Below, piece by piece: positions 10,086-22,266 of a stretch of 35,945 nucleotides of DNA. Both the position numbers and the translations under genes were made by a program. Numbering within the stretch: the stretch's first letter is position 1; each line of letters starts with the position of its first letter. The stretch is from assembly GCF_004010195.1 (NCBI RefSeq), contig NC_057718.1, positions 28,806,277 through 28,842,221 on the forward strand. The letters run 5' to 3'. The notes under the pieces were generated by a model that was not told where the DNA came from, did not search any database, and saw nothing but the letters and a program-made list of their open reading frames with translations. Source of the stretch: Chiloscyllium plagiosum (Eukaryota).

Positions 10086-10774
10086 AATATAAACACACTT
10101 TGCCTTTAAATTTTAACCTTGATTTTGGATTCTTGGTCCCTTGTAGCAGCCCCTGGTTGCTAGGGTGGGGAAGAGTAAAGAAGAGAACAGGACCACTCTC
10201 CAATACCTGGCACCTATGTCCTGCATTTTAATATGTCCCAGGGTACTCTGGGGATGTACACTTAGTGTCCTGCCACACCGAGGTATGCAAATTTGTTGGA
10301 TCATTTTAGATCAACTTAGTAAAAGACCTGCATTCTTCACTATGCCTTTCTACCAGCCAGGAGCGTGAACCAGGAGACCTTTCAGAGATTGGTGGGTATT
10401 TTTGGCTTTCAACACTAGTGATGTCACTACCATTATTTAGTTACCTTCTAACAATCCATGTGGAGATGAGGTTGTATTTGTGCTATCCCTGACCTTTAAT
10501 AAAGCAGCACTCTGTGTACAAAACAAATTAATTACAAGAAGCTGCAAACACTGAGGACTCCTGGGCCCTGCTTCAGCAGAAGACACAATTAGTTTACCTC
10601 ATGTTTACCTCACATATTTGGGACAGTAGATTGTAGGATTGACTGGGAGTGGTTAAGTTATTTTTATTTGATTTTCTCTGAATGTTCCCTTCTGGGGCTC
10701 TCCCTGGGTGGTAAATACAATAAAATTCCACAGGGTAAAACTGAGCTTTACAACAAGAAAATTCCAGATGTAAT

Positions 10775-10940
10775 TTGCTTGACAGAGTGGTGGAAGCAGC
10801 TTCAATAATAACTTTCAAAAGTGAACTGGAGATGTAATTGAAAGGAAACAATCAGAAGACAGTGGAGCAGGGAGTGGGATTAATTAGATAGCCCTGGCAA
10901 AGAGCAGAACATGTACAGTGTGCTGTAAAATTCTATGACA
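10775..10940 (+). mobile_element. CR1 LINE 3' end fragment
   Basis: DRVVEAASIITFKSELE matches the CR1 C-terminal 'RVVEAxSIxxFKRELD' motif. Confidence 0.7.
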
Positions 10941-11439
10941 TTTGGTGGTGAGACAGTTAATCTGAATGGTGCTACAGCAGACTTCTGAACATATGAGGTA
11001 CTGAGACACTTTCACACTTATTACCCAGTAACACACCCAAGGATGTACATGGGTGAGGGCTAAATAAGATTCCACTGCCTACCTCTAAAGGCTAAACAAC
11101 TTGCCAGCATTCATTATCCATGGTCTCTCAAGATAAATAGCCACTTTGTTAAGACACTGAAATACAGTTGCCACCTGTGGAACTGTACCCCAGCAAGAAT
11201 AACGAGTAAGTAGCTCTCTGGAGAGAATCAGAGAGGAAACTAGGAAAAACATCTTTTCAAGTAATCTGTACAGCTGCATATCTGCAGCTGAAGATGTTTT
11301 GTTTAGTATCTGAGAATGATGGCATTCGGAGATTACCACTTATTTCCAATCCCTCACATTTCTTTTTTTGGGTGATACAAAGAGAACATAGGATCAACAG
11401 TGAAATGATTCTTTGTGTGTGGCTAGACAGCAAATGTCA

Positions 11440-11680
11440 ACAGGTTGTTCAACCATGGTTAACAATTGAGCCTCATCTTCTCTTCACATGACCCCACTTT
11501 TCACCAGGGACCACTACATGCAGATCACGAGTAGGGAACCTAGCCCTGGGGGAGCTTGAGCCAATTATAGCACTTCAACTGCAGGCTTGGCTGAACGCAG
11601 CAAACTCAGTGTGGAGAAAGAACTCAACATGAGATGGTCTGATCCATTAAGCTAGGACTAACTTAGTGGGACATTGGGCA
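11440..11680 (-). mobile_element. Old SINE-like fragment
   Basis: GATCACGAGTAGGGAACC...GAGCCAATTATAGCAC...GGCTGAACGCAGCAAACTCAG resembles an ancient tRNA-SINE body in antisense; strongly decayed. Confidence 0.35.
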
Positions 11681-13234
11681 GGTACAAGTTTAAAATTGCA
11701 TTAATAGACATTACAATCATTAAATTATGGAGTTTAACTTAACCCAGCAGAGAGTGAAATGATTTTTTTGCTATGTGATGTTATCATCTTTATAAAATAT
11801 AGAAGGTTGAGGAGTTGTCATCACGTGTCACAAAATATAACAACATAACATCAGAAGTTAAAAAGCCATTTCGTCCATCTTACGTATATAGATGGTAAAA
11901 TTCAATTGTGTAATGACATTCAAGGTTTACCTGAAGGTTAGCAACATTGCATATGCAATATTGTGGACTGTTTTGCACATGGTTCACATGGTATAACTCA
12001 ACTGGGACAACAAGCATGAGCACATCCTCCATATACATCCAAAGTAAATGTGTGATCATGATGACACCATGTTGGGATACCAAAATTGGTCAACAAATAC
12101 ATGCACAACCATGTGCACATTTCTGCAACAACATGGTAAATAAGATGGGCTCTGTTTTGGAGCTATTCAACACACTGTGCTCTGGGATGTTTTATCAAGT
12201 CTTCGAGACTTACTTACATTCAGACAAGGCTGAAGGAAGTACAGTAGTCAGCTGCTAGAAGAGACTGGAAGGTTGTTGTTGACCCCAGAAATGTGGCAGC
12301 AATGTATCTGGGAGCCAGACTATCTACTTCATCCAATTCAAAGAGCTCATGGTCAACATCACTCAATAAAGGTCAACAGTAAAATCATTCACTCTCCACC
12401 TTTACCTGACAATATAAAAAGCCAGAATGAAACAACCTAATGTCCATGCCTATCAAGTTTGTCTAATAGGTCCCCTTGTCTGACCTAGTGTTGCTATGCA
12501 GTGCTACACTGTGGGCTGCAATCTCACCTTCTGAACTGCCCATACATGAACTGAGCAATCTCACCATCCTGGCTGTAACCCACTTGTGTTGCATGATAAC
12601 ACTCCACATGTACATTCTGATTTTAGACTTGTGTCTAGCATTCACACTGTGCCAGCCCCTGTACTGGTGGCTGTGAATGCAAGGCTAAAAATGGCTCCTC
12701 TTTCTTGGAGGACTGCTCTTCTCCTTGCTCTTCAATATAAAGCTGTAGCTGATGTGGTTTTAACTATCTGGATGCAGAAAAGCATAAGTGAAGGATGAGA
12801 TTGAGGAAAAGGGTGTGGGAAGGAAAGCAAAATGTCCATGCACTCAATTGGCAGATTCCATTTTAAACAACTTTCCAGATGAGCATAAAATTGAGTGAGA
12901 AGATGCATTAGGCATCAACTTCCACATAATCAATGCCATGTGCTATTTTTCCCTATTACCTTACAGACGACTCTGCACTTTATTTATACTTTCTATTAAA
13001 CGTTATTCATAATTTTGTATATTATTCATAATGCTTCTGTAATGAGTTTATGACCTTTCATTGCATTAAAGATGCTATATTGTTGCTGCTGTCATTATCT
13101 TACTCACCATATTTCCAACAGGCATGGGCAGCTCTTGAATTTAGACTCAAGTACCCTAAATTCAAAGTTCCTAACATAATGGGTAATACTTCATCTATTT
13201 AAGAAATCTCTCCCTTAACCTCAAAAGTAAGTTT

Positions 13235-13536
13235 GGGGCAGCTTGGTGGCACAGTGGTTAGCACTGTTGCCTCACAGTACCAGAGACCCAGGTTCACTTC
13301 CTGCCTCAGGCAACTATCTGTGTGGAGTTTGCATACTCTCCCCGTTTCTGCGTGGGTTTCCTCCGGGTGCTCCGGTTTCCTTCCACAGTCCAAAGATGTG
13401 CAGGTTAGGTGAATTGGCCATGCTAAATTGCCTGTAGTGTTAGAGGAATGGGTCTGGGTGGGTTTCTCTTTGGAGGGTCAGTGTGGACTTGTTGGGCCGA
13501 AGGGCCTGTTTCCACACTGTAGGTAATATAATCTAA
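13235..13536 (+). mobile_element. HE1-type (V-SINE) SINE, full length
   Basis: tRNA-like head GGTGGCACAGTGGTTAGCACTGTTGCCTCACAG; V-domain TGTGTGGAGTTTGCA...GCGTGGGTTTCCTCCGGGTGCTCCGGTTTCC; CR1-derived tail GGGCCGAAGGGCCTGTTTCCACACTGTAG. Confidence 0.92.
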
Positions 13537-14259
13537 AAGACCAAACCATTTTTCCATTCAAATAGTCACCTTGTACAAATACTTCCATTCTGCATTTCAA
13601 GCTGCTGCCTCCACACCCCATGGTTTCCTTCAAAACCCTTTTTATCACTTCAATAACATGAAGCATTTTACTAGATGTACGCCCAGCCACAGTCTTGTAT
13701 CAAATCTTCCAACACTTCTCTCCTCAAAACCTGTAGTACGAGAGCTGCGGCTATCCTCTTCACTGCCTGCAGCAGTAACCACTGACAAGCAACAAAAATC
13801 CAGTAAGCCACTAGGTTTTCCTTTTACTTGCTGCTGTGTTCACCAAGCCTAGCATTGGCAGAAGGTGGCAAAACCCTCTGAGATAGCACTGCCAATTCAT
13901 CAACTGGAGGACGAGTTCATCATTCTCTTCTTCCCTGCAAGGTCATCAATATGGGGAGCTAAAATTAGTCTGGGATTCCTGCTCCCAAGTCTTTGTTTGG
14001 GATCCAGTGTGACACTGGTGTAGGCATGTTCAGGTTCAAGGAAGCAATTTGGCTTGGATGCTGATATTGACATGAGTTCAGCCAAAAGTGTATCCAGGCA
14101 GGAAGAGAATCTGGGGTTATAGAAAAAATTTGTCTAATAACCATAATATTATTATAGAAAAACATCAAAAACTTAAACCATTGGTGCTTGTAACTGGTAA
14201 CCCTTCCGAGTGTTTCACAGAAAAGTAACCACACAAAAATCAAAGCACAGGCCAACATT

Positions 14260-14545
14260 TAATCAAAGAAGGAAGGAGGTGGAAAGGCACAGAGATTCAA
14301 GAAGGGAATTCTAGCATTTATGTACTGAATGACAGAAGTCACTTCACTAAACTATGAGTGAACAGAATGGGGTGTAGGTCAGACTTGATGATGTTACAGA
14401 AATCATCAGGATTGAAGCCAAGAAGGGAGTTAAAGCCAACAATGAGAATTTTAAATTTGAGGTATTGAAGCCAAGTAAGTCATCAAGCATATGGTAATTA
14501 TAGAAGTGGAACTCTCTGATCAGATTAGACAGAGTTTGTATGTGC
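14260..14545 (-). mobile_element. Old L2-clade LINE ORF2 3' fragment
   Basis: AAGGAGGTGGAAAGG...AGGGAATTCTAG and ACAATGAGAATTTTAAATTTGAGG resemble antisense L2 C-terminal coding sequence (WNSLP region). Confidence 0.5.
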
Positions 14546-15547
14546 ATATAAAAGATATATCACTTGTGTAAATGACTTCAATTCCATGGTATCATTTCAC
14601 TGAACCACTCAAATTCGACATACACATACTTCTGACACAGCCATTTTTTTCCTTTGGGTAATGTCTGATAACATTGAAACATTGGTTAAAAAAAAAATAC
14701 AGTGTGAATTTATCAGCTCATTCCAATCACACCCTGCTTTTGGAATAATTATCAGAGGAAAGTTAAATTCCAAGTTGGGTACAAAGGGCTGACAATTGAG
14801 ATAATGTTTATTATCACACTATGCCCTTGGAATAAGGATTATCCAGCAATCCTAGAAAATTGTATGTCAGGCTTTCACTTTTCAAGACAAGACTTAGAAT
14901 CAACAAAATGGCTTAAATTAGCATCAAATCTCTCACTTTTATGATCTATTACTTTTGTTTTAGTTCCAGCCTTTTTCTTACAATCTTGAGAACTAAAGAA
15001 GATTTTGTTCTGAAACAATCCTTTCATATTTCTACACTCCAACTTTTTCTGTCAATTATTCTCTATTTTAGGTGTAATATTCCAATCATTGTTGCTCTGA
15101 ACTCTCTTCTTTGTTCCAGAGCTGGAGCCATTCTGGGCACTTCTCCCCCTTTTCCTCCCCTCAAAGTGAAATAAAACACATTGCACTATCTCCTCAATTA
15201 ATTTATTTTGTTTTACGATTTAAAAACTGTAGAATCCCTCACCTCCCTCAGTTCCCTGCCTCTTTCAATGTCCAATTATGTAAAATTTAAGTTTTGCACT
15301 CCACATCATAGCCTCTTGACTTAGCTGGTGTCATAAACTCAAGGTAATTAAAAGATGACTTTGAACTGTGTTGTCATGGTCCATATTGAAACGATGCTGT
15401 TGAGCCACTATTATTGCTTTGAATTTAATTAACATCAGGTAATAACCACATATGTTAATTACTGCAGGTAATTTCTCTCTCACAATTCAGCATTACTGTT
15501 ACCTTTATGGCTTTCCAAAAGTGTTTGTACTACAAAGACTGTTTATT

Positions 15548-16050
15548 ATTAACTCAGTTGGCTGCATGACTGGTTTGCAATGCAGAGTAATGTCCAACAC
15601 TGTAGGTTTGGTTCCTGTGTCAGCTGGGGTAGACACTTTCCTGACTATTCCTCTTGCCTGGGGCATGATGGCCCTTATGTTGGGGCACCACCAATCACAG
15701 AACCCCCACAGTGTGGAAGCAGGCCTTTTGTCAATTGAGTCCACACTGAAGATCATCCCACCCAGACCCACTTCCCTATCCTAAATCTGTAACCCTGCAT
15801 TTCTCATGGTCAATCTACCTAACATGCACATCCTTGGACTGTGTGAATAAACCAGAGCATCTGGAGGAAACCCATGTAGACATGGGGAGAACATGCAAAC
15901 TCCACGTAGTCAGTCACCCAAGAGTGGAATTGTACCTGGGTTCCTGGCACTGTGAGGCAACTGCACTAACCACTGAGCCACATGCTACCCAGTCATCTCT
16001 CTCTAGTGAGAGAGCAGCTCTATGGCCCACCAGGACTATAGTGACTTTAT
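15548..16050 (+). mobile_element. tRNA-derived SINE split by a nested HE1 (host halves 15548-15697 and 15989-16050)
   Basis: Head TTAACTCAGTTGGCTG...TGGTTTGCAATGCAGAGTAATG; tail CAGTCATCTCTCTCTAGTGAGAGAGCAGC...GACTATAGTGACTTTA; the joined halves are colinear with the uninterrupted copy at 24523-24742. Confidence 0.8.
15694..15990 (-). mobile_element. HE1-type SINE, full length, nested
   Basis: Reverse complement of the 13235-13536 copy (CCAGAGCATCTGGAGGAAACCCA, TGCAAACTCCAC, CTGTGAGGCAAC...CTAACCACTGAGCCAC). Confidence 0.9.
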
Positions 16051-16054
16051 ATGT

Positions 16055-16870
16055 AAAAAAATGGCCCCGTCTAACTCCATTTTGATCTAGTCCCTTCCCG
16101 CTCTCCTTAACTTCTGATGGTGTGCATTGCCCTAAATGTGATTTGCTTGTAAATATATAATTGGCTACATGGGTTTTAATAGTTAAAACAAAACCAAAAA
16201 TAAATCACTGGAATTTGGTGTTAGGAACAAAACCTGTTCAGTAGTGTGTAAGAACGCTTCAGGATTTAGAAAAACAGACCCAGTTCCCATCCACCTCCAT
16301 TTTGATTTCACCCCTTCCCATCCTCCCCATCTCTCACTTATTTTTGATGGTTTGCATTGTCCTTAGCTGGTTTTGCATGTAAATATATAATTGGCTACAT
16401 GGGTGATTTACTGTTGATGATTAGTAGTTGAAAACAAAAAAAAAACATGGTGACTTAGTGATGGAGAAAAACCATTCAGTTGTTTATGGTAGCACTTCCA
16501 GATATATATATAAAAAAAAGTCAGACCCACTTCCCATCCAGCTCCATTTCAATCAAGTCTCTTCCTGCTGTCCCTACCTTCACCTCACCTTCTGATGGCG
16601 TGTATTGCCCTTAACAAGTTTTGCATGAAATATCCAGTAGGCTACATGGGTGGTTTGCTGGTGATGCATAATATGTGGAGGGAAAAAATGTCATGGTAAT
16701 TTGGTGATGGGACAAAAATGGTTCATTTGTATGTAATAGCACTTCTGAATATAAAACAAAGGTAGACCAAAAAGTAAAAAGTAAACAAAAAACAGACCCA
16801 GACAGGCTTTACATTAAATTATTAAAAATGATTCAATTGAAAACATGGGTGATTTGCTGGAAGTTAATAG
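16055..16870 (+). repeat. Degenerate tandem array of ~3.5 units of ~230-250 bp
   Basis: Anchor GGCTACATGGG at 16163, 16393 and 16640, partial at 16843; CAGACCCA(G/C)TTCCCATCCA at ~16275 and ~16522; CTCCATTT, TGATGG..TG.ATTG.CC and (C/G)CTTC..GA motifs recur in each unit. Confidence 0.9.
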
Positions 16871-16889
16871 ATTTTAAATTTTATTTTAA

Positions 16890-17979
16890 GGGTCAATGTC
16901 TGTGTAGACACAGAGGCCCAACCTAAATACTTGAAAACATGACTGGTTTCCTGTGTCATACGTGCCAAAGTGGAGGATGAATTGGAACATCGGGAGGAAT
17001 ATGACATCATAAACCCAGTACAATTTGCTGAATGGCCTGCGCCAAGTAGTCCCAGTTGTAAAACTTGACAACTTGGTCTGTCTCAGTGGTGATTATGAGA
17101 TGACAGTGAACAGAGTTTAGACAGATTACCTAGGCCACTCATGAAGACTTGCATGAAAATCTGGCTGAGGGTCACATATTTTCCAAATTGGATATTAGCC
17201 ACATCCGCCTCCAAATAGACCTTGAGGTGTCATCCAGGAAGTATGTTACTATATGTACTCACCAAATACTGTATAATACACTGTCTGCCTTTTATCTTCA
17301 GTTTGCGCCACCTTTCCAAGGGCAATGTAGTACATCCTCCATGGGGAGCCCAGAGTGGCAATTTTAATCTCAGGAACTACTGCAAAGATCATTTGAAGTG
17401 TTTGAAGGAGGTTTTGCAGGATTTTTCTGACTCTGGCATTCAGCTAAAAAGGGGAAAATGTGTTCCAGGTAAATGAGGCTATGCACCTTGGGTACAGAGT
17501 TAACAAGGATGCATTATTCCCTGTCAGGGAGGTGAAAGACATTAAAAGGAGCTCCCACTCCAAGAAACACTATAGAGTCAAAGTTTCTCCCAGATCTCAA
17601 ATATTATAATGGGGAGATACGGTCCACGTAAGGAATTTCAACAAAAGCTTTCCAGGGATCTCAGGAGTTATCTGTAAAAAAGCTGGGACCAGTAATGTAC
17701 ATGGTCAAAACCAAAGAGAAGATTGTAAAATGAAAACACATAGACCAGCTCTAGCAGGAAACTTCCACAGAGGTGACTATTTAGACAGACACACTACCGA
17801 AGATGATCCCCCTGCAGCGACTCTTTGACAGTCTTCACAGAAGAGATGTTTCCCTACATATTATACACCCCTTGATCAGACCTTGAAAGCAGCAGTCATG
17901 GGGCCCATGGGTAAAATGATGTCGAGAGCCCTATCATCACAGGAGAAAGGGAGAACCCTTGGACATGGAGGAGGAGGAA
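16890..17979 (+). pseudogene. pol: Decayed, internally deleted Gypsy/Ty3 pol (RT plus integrase C-terminus)
   Basis: Frameshifted translation: DIINPVQFAEWPAP/VVPVVKLDNLVCLSGDYEMTVNR, EDLHENLAEGHIFSKLDISH, SRKYVTICTH, DHLKCLKEVLQDFSDSGIQLKRGKC, then GDTVHVRNF...LGPVMYMV...KHIDQL; polypurine tract GGAGGAGGAGGAA at 17967-17979. Confidence 0.88.
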
Positions 17980-18246
17980 TGTGATAACCCCTACAAGGCC
18001 TGTGGAGAATCACTAATTAATCTTCTTGTGGAGGTCATTGAGTATGAGTTCCCTTGGTAACAAGCAATGGCTTGCTCAGTTGGAACTCATCACCTGAGCC
18101 CTTTATTAAGTAGACCCAGGGATGGATCTGCAGAACTGTATGTCCCATTCAGGGTGTAGCCTATGAACACCATAGGTCATAGGCTCTTTTTTGGTATTCA
18201 ATAATAAATTATGTTCCTTTCCAGTCGGGCTTTCTGAGTTATCACA
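17980..18246 (+). mobile_element. 3' LTR of the Gypsy element (267 bp)
   Basis: Directly follows the PPT; perfect 9-bp terminal inverted repeats TGTGATAAC...GTTATCACA; AATAAA at 18203-18208. Confidence 0.88.
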
Positions 18247-18299
18247 ATCGAGAAAACTAGTGTTTGGTGCAACCTATTTAAAACCTACAAATTCAGAGA

Positions 18300-18727
18300 G
18301 TTACAATGGCAGCCGAGTCTCTGAATCAGAAGATTATAAGTTTAAAGCATATGCTAGGAATTAAGCATTAATCCAGGTTGATACATTAGTTTAGAATTGA
18401 GAGAGTGCCACATCAGAGATGGAAACTTCTAAATGAGATGAGGTCTAATCTGTCCTCTCAGGTCAATGTAAAAGATCCCAAGGCACTGGTGGAAGAACAG
18501 TGAATAGTTTTTGCAGTGGCCACTATGTATCCCTCAAACAACACAACTTTACCAAACTATCTGGTCATTTATCTCTTTGCTGTTTGTGGTACCTGATTAC
18601 AATTAAATTAACTGCTGTATTTCAATCAATTACATTATTGGTTATATTTAATTCTTAATTGGCTGTGCAGAATTTTGAGACATTCTTGGTTTTAAAGGAC
18701 CCCATAAAAATTAAACTTTCTTTCTTC
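18300..18727 (+). mobile_element. Deu-domain SINE (SacSINE1/AmnSINE1-like), near full length
   Basis: Deu core CCTCTCAGGTCAATGTAAAAGATCCCAAGGCACT...TATCCCTCAA...TATCTGGTCATTTATCTCTTTGCTGTTTGTGG and L2-like tail ATTGGCTGTG...CTTTCTTTCTT. Confidence 0.8.
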
Positions 18728-18835
18728 ATCATGCCTGTGTGTGTCCTAATTATTCAATTGGATTTACTGACTCCAGCTTTGTAAATTGATTTGTACTATT
18801 AATCACAGTTAAGAACTTGATCAACAATCTTATTC

Positions 18836-19137
18836 TCATAGACTTATAGAGTCATACAGATGGAAACAGACCCTTTGGACTAACCAGTTTGCGCTGACCA
18901 AACATTCCACCGCCTTCACTTGGTCCATATCCCTCAAAATCTTCCCTATTCGTGAACTTATCCAAATGTCTTTTCAACACTGTAACTATACCTACATTCA
19001 CCACTCTCTCTAGCAGTTTATTCCACACACAAGCCATTCCCTGTGAAAAACCTTTGGCCCATGTTCCTTTTTAAATCTTCCTCCTCTCACCTTAAAATAT
19101 GCCCTTTAGATTTGAATTCCCCCAACTCAGGGAAAAC
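18836..19137 (-). mobile_element. CR1 (HER1-like) LINE 3' end
   Basis: ORF 18852-19037 VWNKLLERVVNVGIVTVLKRHLDKF; tail CCAAAGGGTCTGTTTCCATCTGTATGACTCTATAAG. Confidence 0.88.
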
Positions 19138-19242
19138 GATTAATCCCTATTAATTGATATAATTACTAGATAAATATCATTCAAGTTGTTTTCATTATTG
19201 ATATTATCATTATTACTGCACAAAAATATATAGAATGCCTAC

Positions 19243-19356
19243 GAGCCTCTTGTGGTTCAGTGGTGGGGTTTCTGCCTTTGGACTAGGAGGCCTAGTCCCA
19301 TCTACTCCAGAGGTGTGTCATGACATCACTGAACATGGTGATTTGGAAAATATCTA
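19243..19356 (+). mobile_element. Short tRNA-derived SINE (~110 bp)
   Basis: A-box TGGTTCAGTGGT; decayed B-box region GGAGGCCTAGTCCCA; short tail CTCCAGAGGTGTGTCATGACATCACTGAACA. Confidence 0.55.
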
Positions 19357-20139
19357 TACAGAAGAGCTGAACTGTTTATGGTGAAGTGTACTTCTAGAAA
19401 ACTGGAACTCAGTTTAAAAGTAAACACAGTTACTATTGTTCTTTCCAATGAATCATCAAAACGTTCACAAGCTCTTCAATTTTAGTGTTTCACTCTATGA
19501 TACTTTAGTTTATTTAGCTTCTTTTTCTTCAGTTGGTTCCAGTTGAAACAAGGTGGCTTAGCTGAGATCTTAATCGGAAAAACTGATTTAGCCTCGGCCC
19601 AAAACAAGTCACTACCCTATTGGTAAGGAAGTTGAAACCAGCACTGGGAAAGTCTGGCTAGAAAATTATTCAGAAGCACAGATTTGAAAACTAAATTCAA
19701 TTACCTTGAAGTCCTTCTTGCTCCAAAGATGTGTACAAACACCTCTGTACACATTGATTAGAAAATACTGATACAGAACATGGTTCTTCTGCTGTATCTG
19801 TATATGAGAGCCTGTGTGCTTTCTCACTGTGTCACTGCCATCATGAAAGCGGCTGCTGTATATCAGCGAGCATACTCCCCACTTTCGGTGGAGGTGGGTG
19901 TGTGGTGTCCACATATGTTATTCCACAAAAATTATGTCTAATCAACAGTTGATGCGTAAACTTGTAGGTGTTTGATTTAGTGCCTTCACAAATTCAAATT
20001 ATGACCATTAGAACCAAAATCATAGTAATTAAAAACAAAATTGTGTGCTAGAGCCAGACTTTCAGCCGTGTGTGTTATTAGCAGAATGTTCATTAAGTGT
20101 TCATTCACCAAAATAACCCTATTGTTTTATAGTTTGTTG

Positions 20140-20330
20140 GCATATCCCTTTCCCTTTCTTGAGCAATAATAGCCTGCAGACTTGAGTATATTTTCCTCTT
20201 ACAAGTATCTTAGGAAAATGATGATTCACGCTTCAGCTATCTCTTCCCTAACCACCTTCCATATTTTGGCCTGTATGCAATCTGGCTCTGGTGACTTTAC
20301 TGCTCCGTTTGCATTTATAACACAGTTTCC
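20140..20330 (-). mobile_element. Old CR1 ORF2 fragment (start of RT domain)
   Basis: Minus translation KSPEPDCIQAKIW resembles the KSPGPDGIHPRIL motif. Confidence 0.55.
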
Positions 20331-22147
20331 TTCTGAATATTTATTTCCAGACTTCGATGTACTAACGCTGCACAAGTTCCTAGAAGGATATTTATGATTG
20401 ATCATTGAACTTTGTTGTTTCTGATTAATAAGGATTCTTTTTTGTAGCTATTACTGTGGTTACTTTTTGTACTGTGATTTGGGTTTTTGTGATGACATGC
20501 ATTTTTCTATGGAGCCAAAAAATTACCATGAGATTAACATCTGTGGACAATTTATTACACTTGGATTTATAGTTAGATTGGAGATCTAAGGGATGCTAGA
20601 ATATATAGCATCAATGCTCATGGTATTAAATTGTTCAAAGTAAAGAAGGTGCTGTAAAAAATCCTGAATGATGATTCAGTCTGTTTAGTTTTGTTGGTCT
20701 CCTGGATCACAGCCCTTGGCTCCTTTCCAAAATCTCCATGCTGGGGAAGTATGGAATCCTGTTTGAATCATTAGTTACAGCTTGGATAAAATCAGGCAGG
20801 GTGCAATTGGTCCATACTAACTGCATGAAATGCTCTTGAAGCAAATCAGCAGCCTACCTTTCACTATGTCAGCTTTTATTTTCCATTCAGTGGCAAAATA
20901 TTGCCAAGAAATGAGATGAGAAATGCACAAGTCTCCAAAAAGAGTTTGAGCTATCGTTCTGTGAACCTCAGTGGCAAAACGATCAAGGCACAGTGAAATT
21001 CAACTGCTGGTTTGCTACAACGCAGTCTTGTATTGCTGGCCTAGACCAATTTCACTCATGGACATTTTGTTTATTCAGTGTGTATTCTTGAAAATGGATT
21101 TGATTCTCAAACTAATTAAATGCATTTAGAAAGATTCTATAGCTGTCACTAATAATGCCAAAGAGAGTTCATGCAGTTGGTCAAATCTTAGACCAGTAGC
21201 AAGATGATAACCTAATTAAGGGATCAAGATGGCATCAGAAACTTATTAATTTATGACAGACACCTATACTGTAAATTCAATTTAATGGCTTGACATAATT
21301 TCCTGGTATTTGGTATAATTCAAACTACTTTTTCAAAGGATTTATGTTTGTGTATATATTGTAAGGGATTTGTTCAGTTTCTAGCAAGGATTGCATCAGG
21401 CATTCTGTTTCACTGATAGGCCCAAACAATGTTGTACAACAGGATTGAACAATAGGCTTATCAATAAAGGCTTATTAAAAATCAATCTGTATATGTATTG
21501 TATCTCACTGATTAATCTTGATCTCTTCACACCTGTCTTCCATTCTAAATTATTTGTAAAACTAGTTTCTGTGGAGGAAACTATTGCTGCTCCCCAATAG
21601 TTGTTTGTTTGTATTTTCAAAGCTTTTCCAGATGTTTCATGTCTCTAGCTCTGGGAGTTGGGAGTCTATTCTCAACAGTTTATGATGAAAATAAAAATAT
21701 TGATGAACTGAATATGCTCAACCCTTACATTCATTTACCATATTTTCTCTGGGACAGTCTGGGTTGGACGGCGTGTGCTGTTAATCACTGAGCCTCCCAA
21801 ATATCTAGTGTCAGTTTGAGGGAAGGATGCAAACTCTATGGGAAAATCCTGTCATTTTCATGATCAGAGGAGTGATCACAACCATGATATAAATGTGTTC
21901 TCAACATTTTCCCAACTTGTAGTGATATTGGTGTGTTAAAAATCTAATTTATGGGACTAAATGTGAGAAAGTTACTGATGTTGCCAGAATCTTTCCAAAT
22001 GCTGGACATTCCCCTATCCTCCATCACCATCTACCCCCCGCCCCCCAGCTCTCATCACCAACTCACTGTACTACAGCCAACAGGTAATTTAAGATACTGT
22101 TGATCACATTTAAAAAAGAAAAACTAACAGGTATTTCTGCTCTCAGG

Positions 22148-22266
22148 CAAATCAAGGGATCCGGGAAGCTGGTGGGAAATGGAATTGAGATTGAGATCAA
22201 TCAAGATCAAACTGAATGGCAGAGCAGGCTTGATGGACTCAGTGGAATACTGTGATTTATGTTCTT
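22148..22266 (+). mobile_element. CR1 3'UTR fragment
   Basis: ATCAAGGGAT...GATCAAACTGAATGGCAGAGCAGGCTTGATGG...ATTTATGTTCTT; similar to 10000-10085. Confidence 0.7.

Noticed and set aside
9741..10109. 122-aa ORF
   Set aside because: Chance read-through into a CR1 3' fragment; not a host gene
13243..13310. tRNA gene-like A/B boxes (also at 728, 2248, 19243, 29274)
   Set aside because: These are SINE heads continuing into SINE bodies; no intact cloverleaf
13199..13437. ORFs MVAQWLALLPH... and MDCGRKPEHPEETHA... (also 15834-16085, 29237-29546, 31888-32085)
   Set aside because: Spurious translations of HE1 SINE copies
16055..16870. CRISPR-like repeat-spacer array
   Set aside because: Whole ~240-bp units are homologous, with no unique spacers, no cas genes and a eukaryotic context
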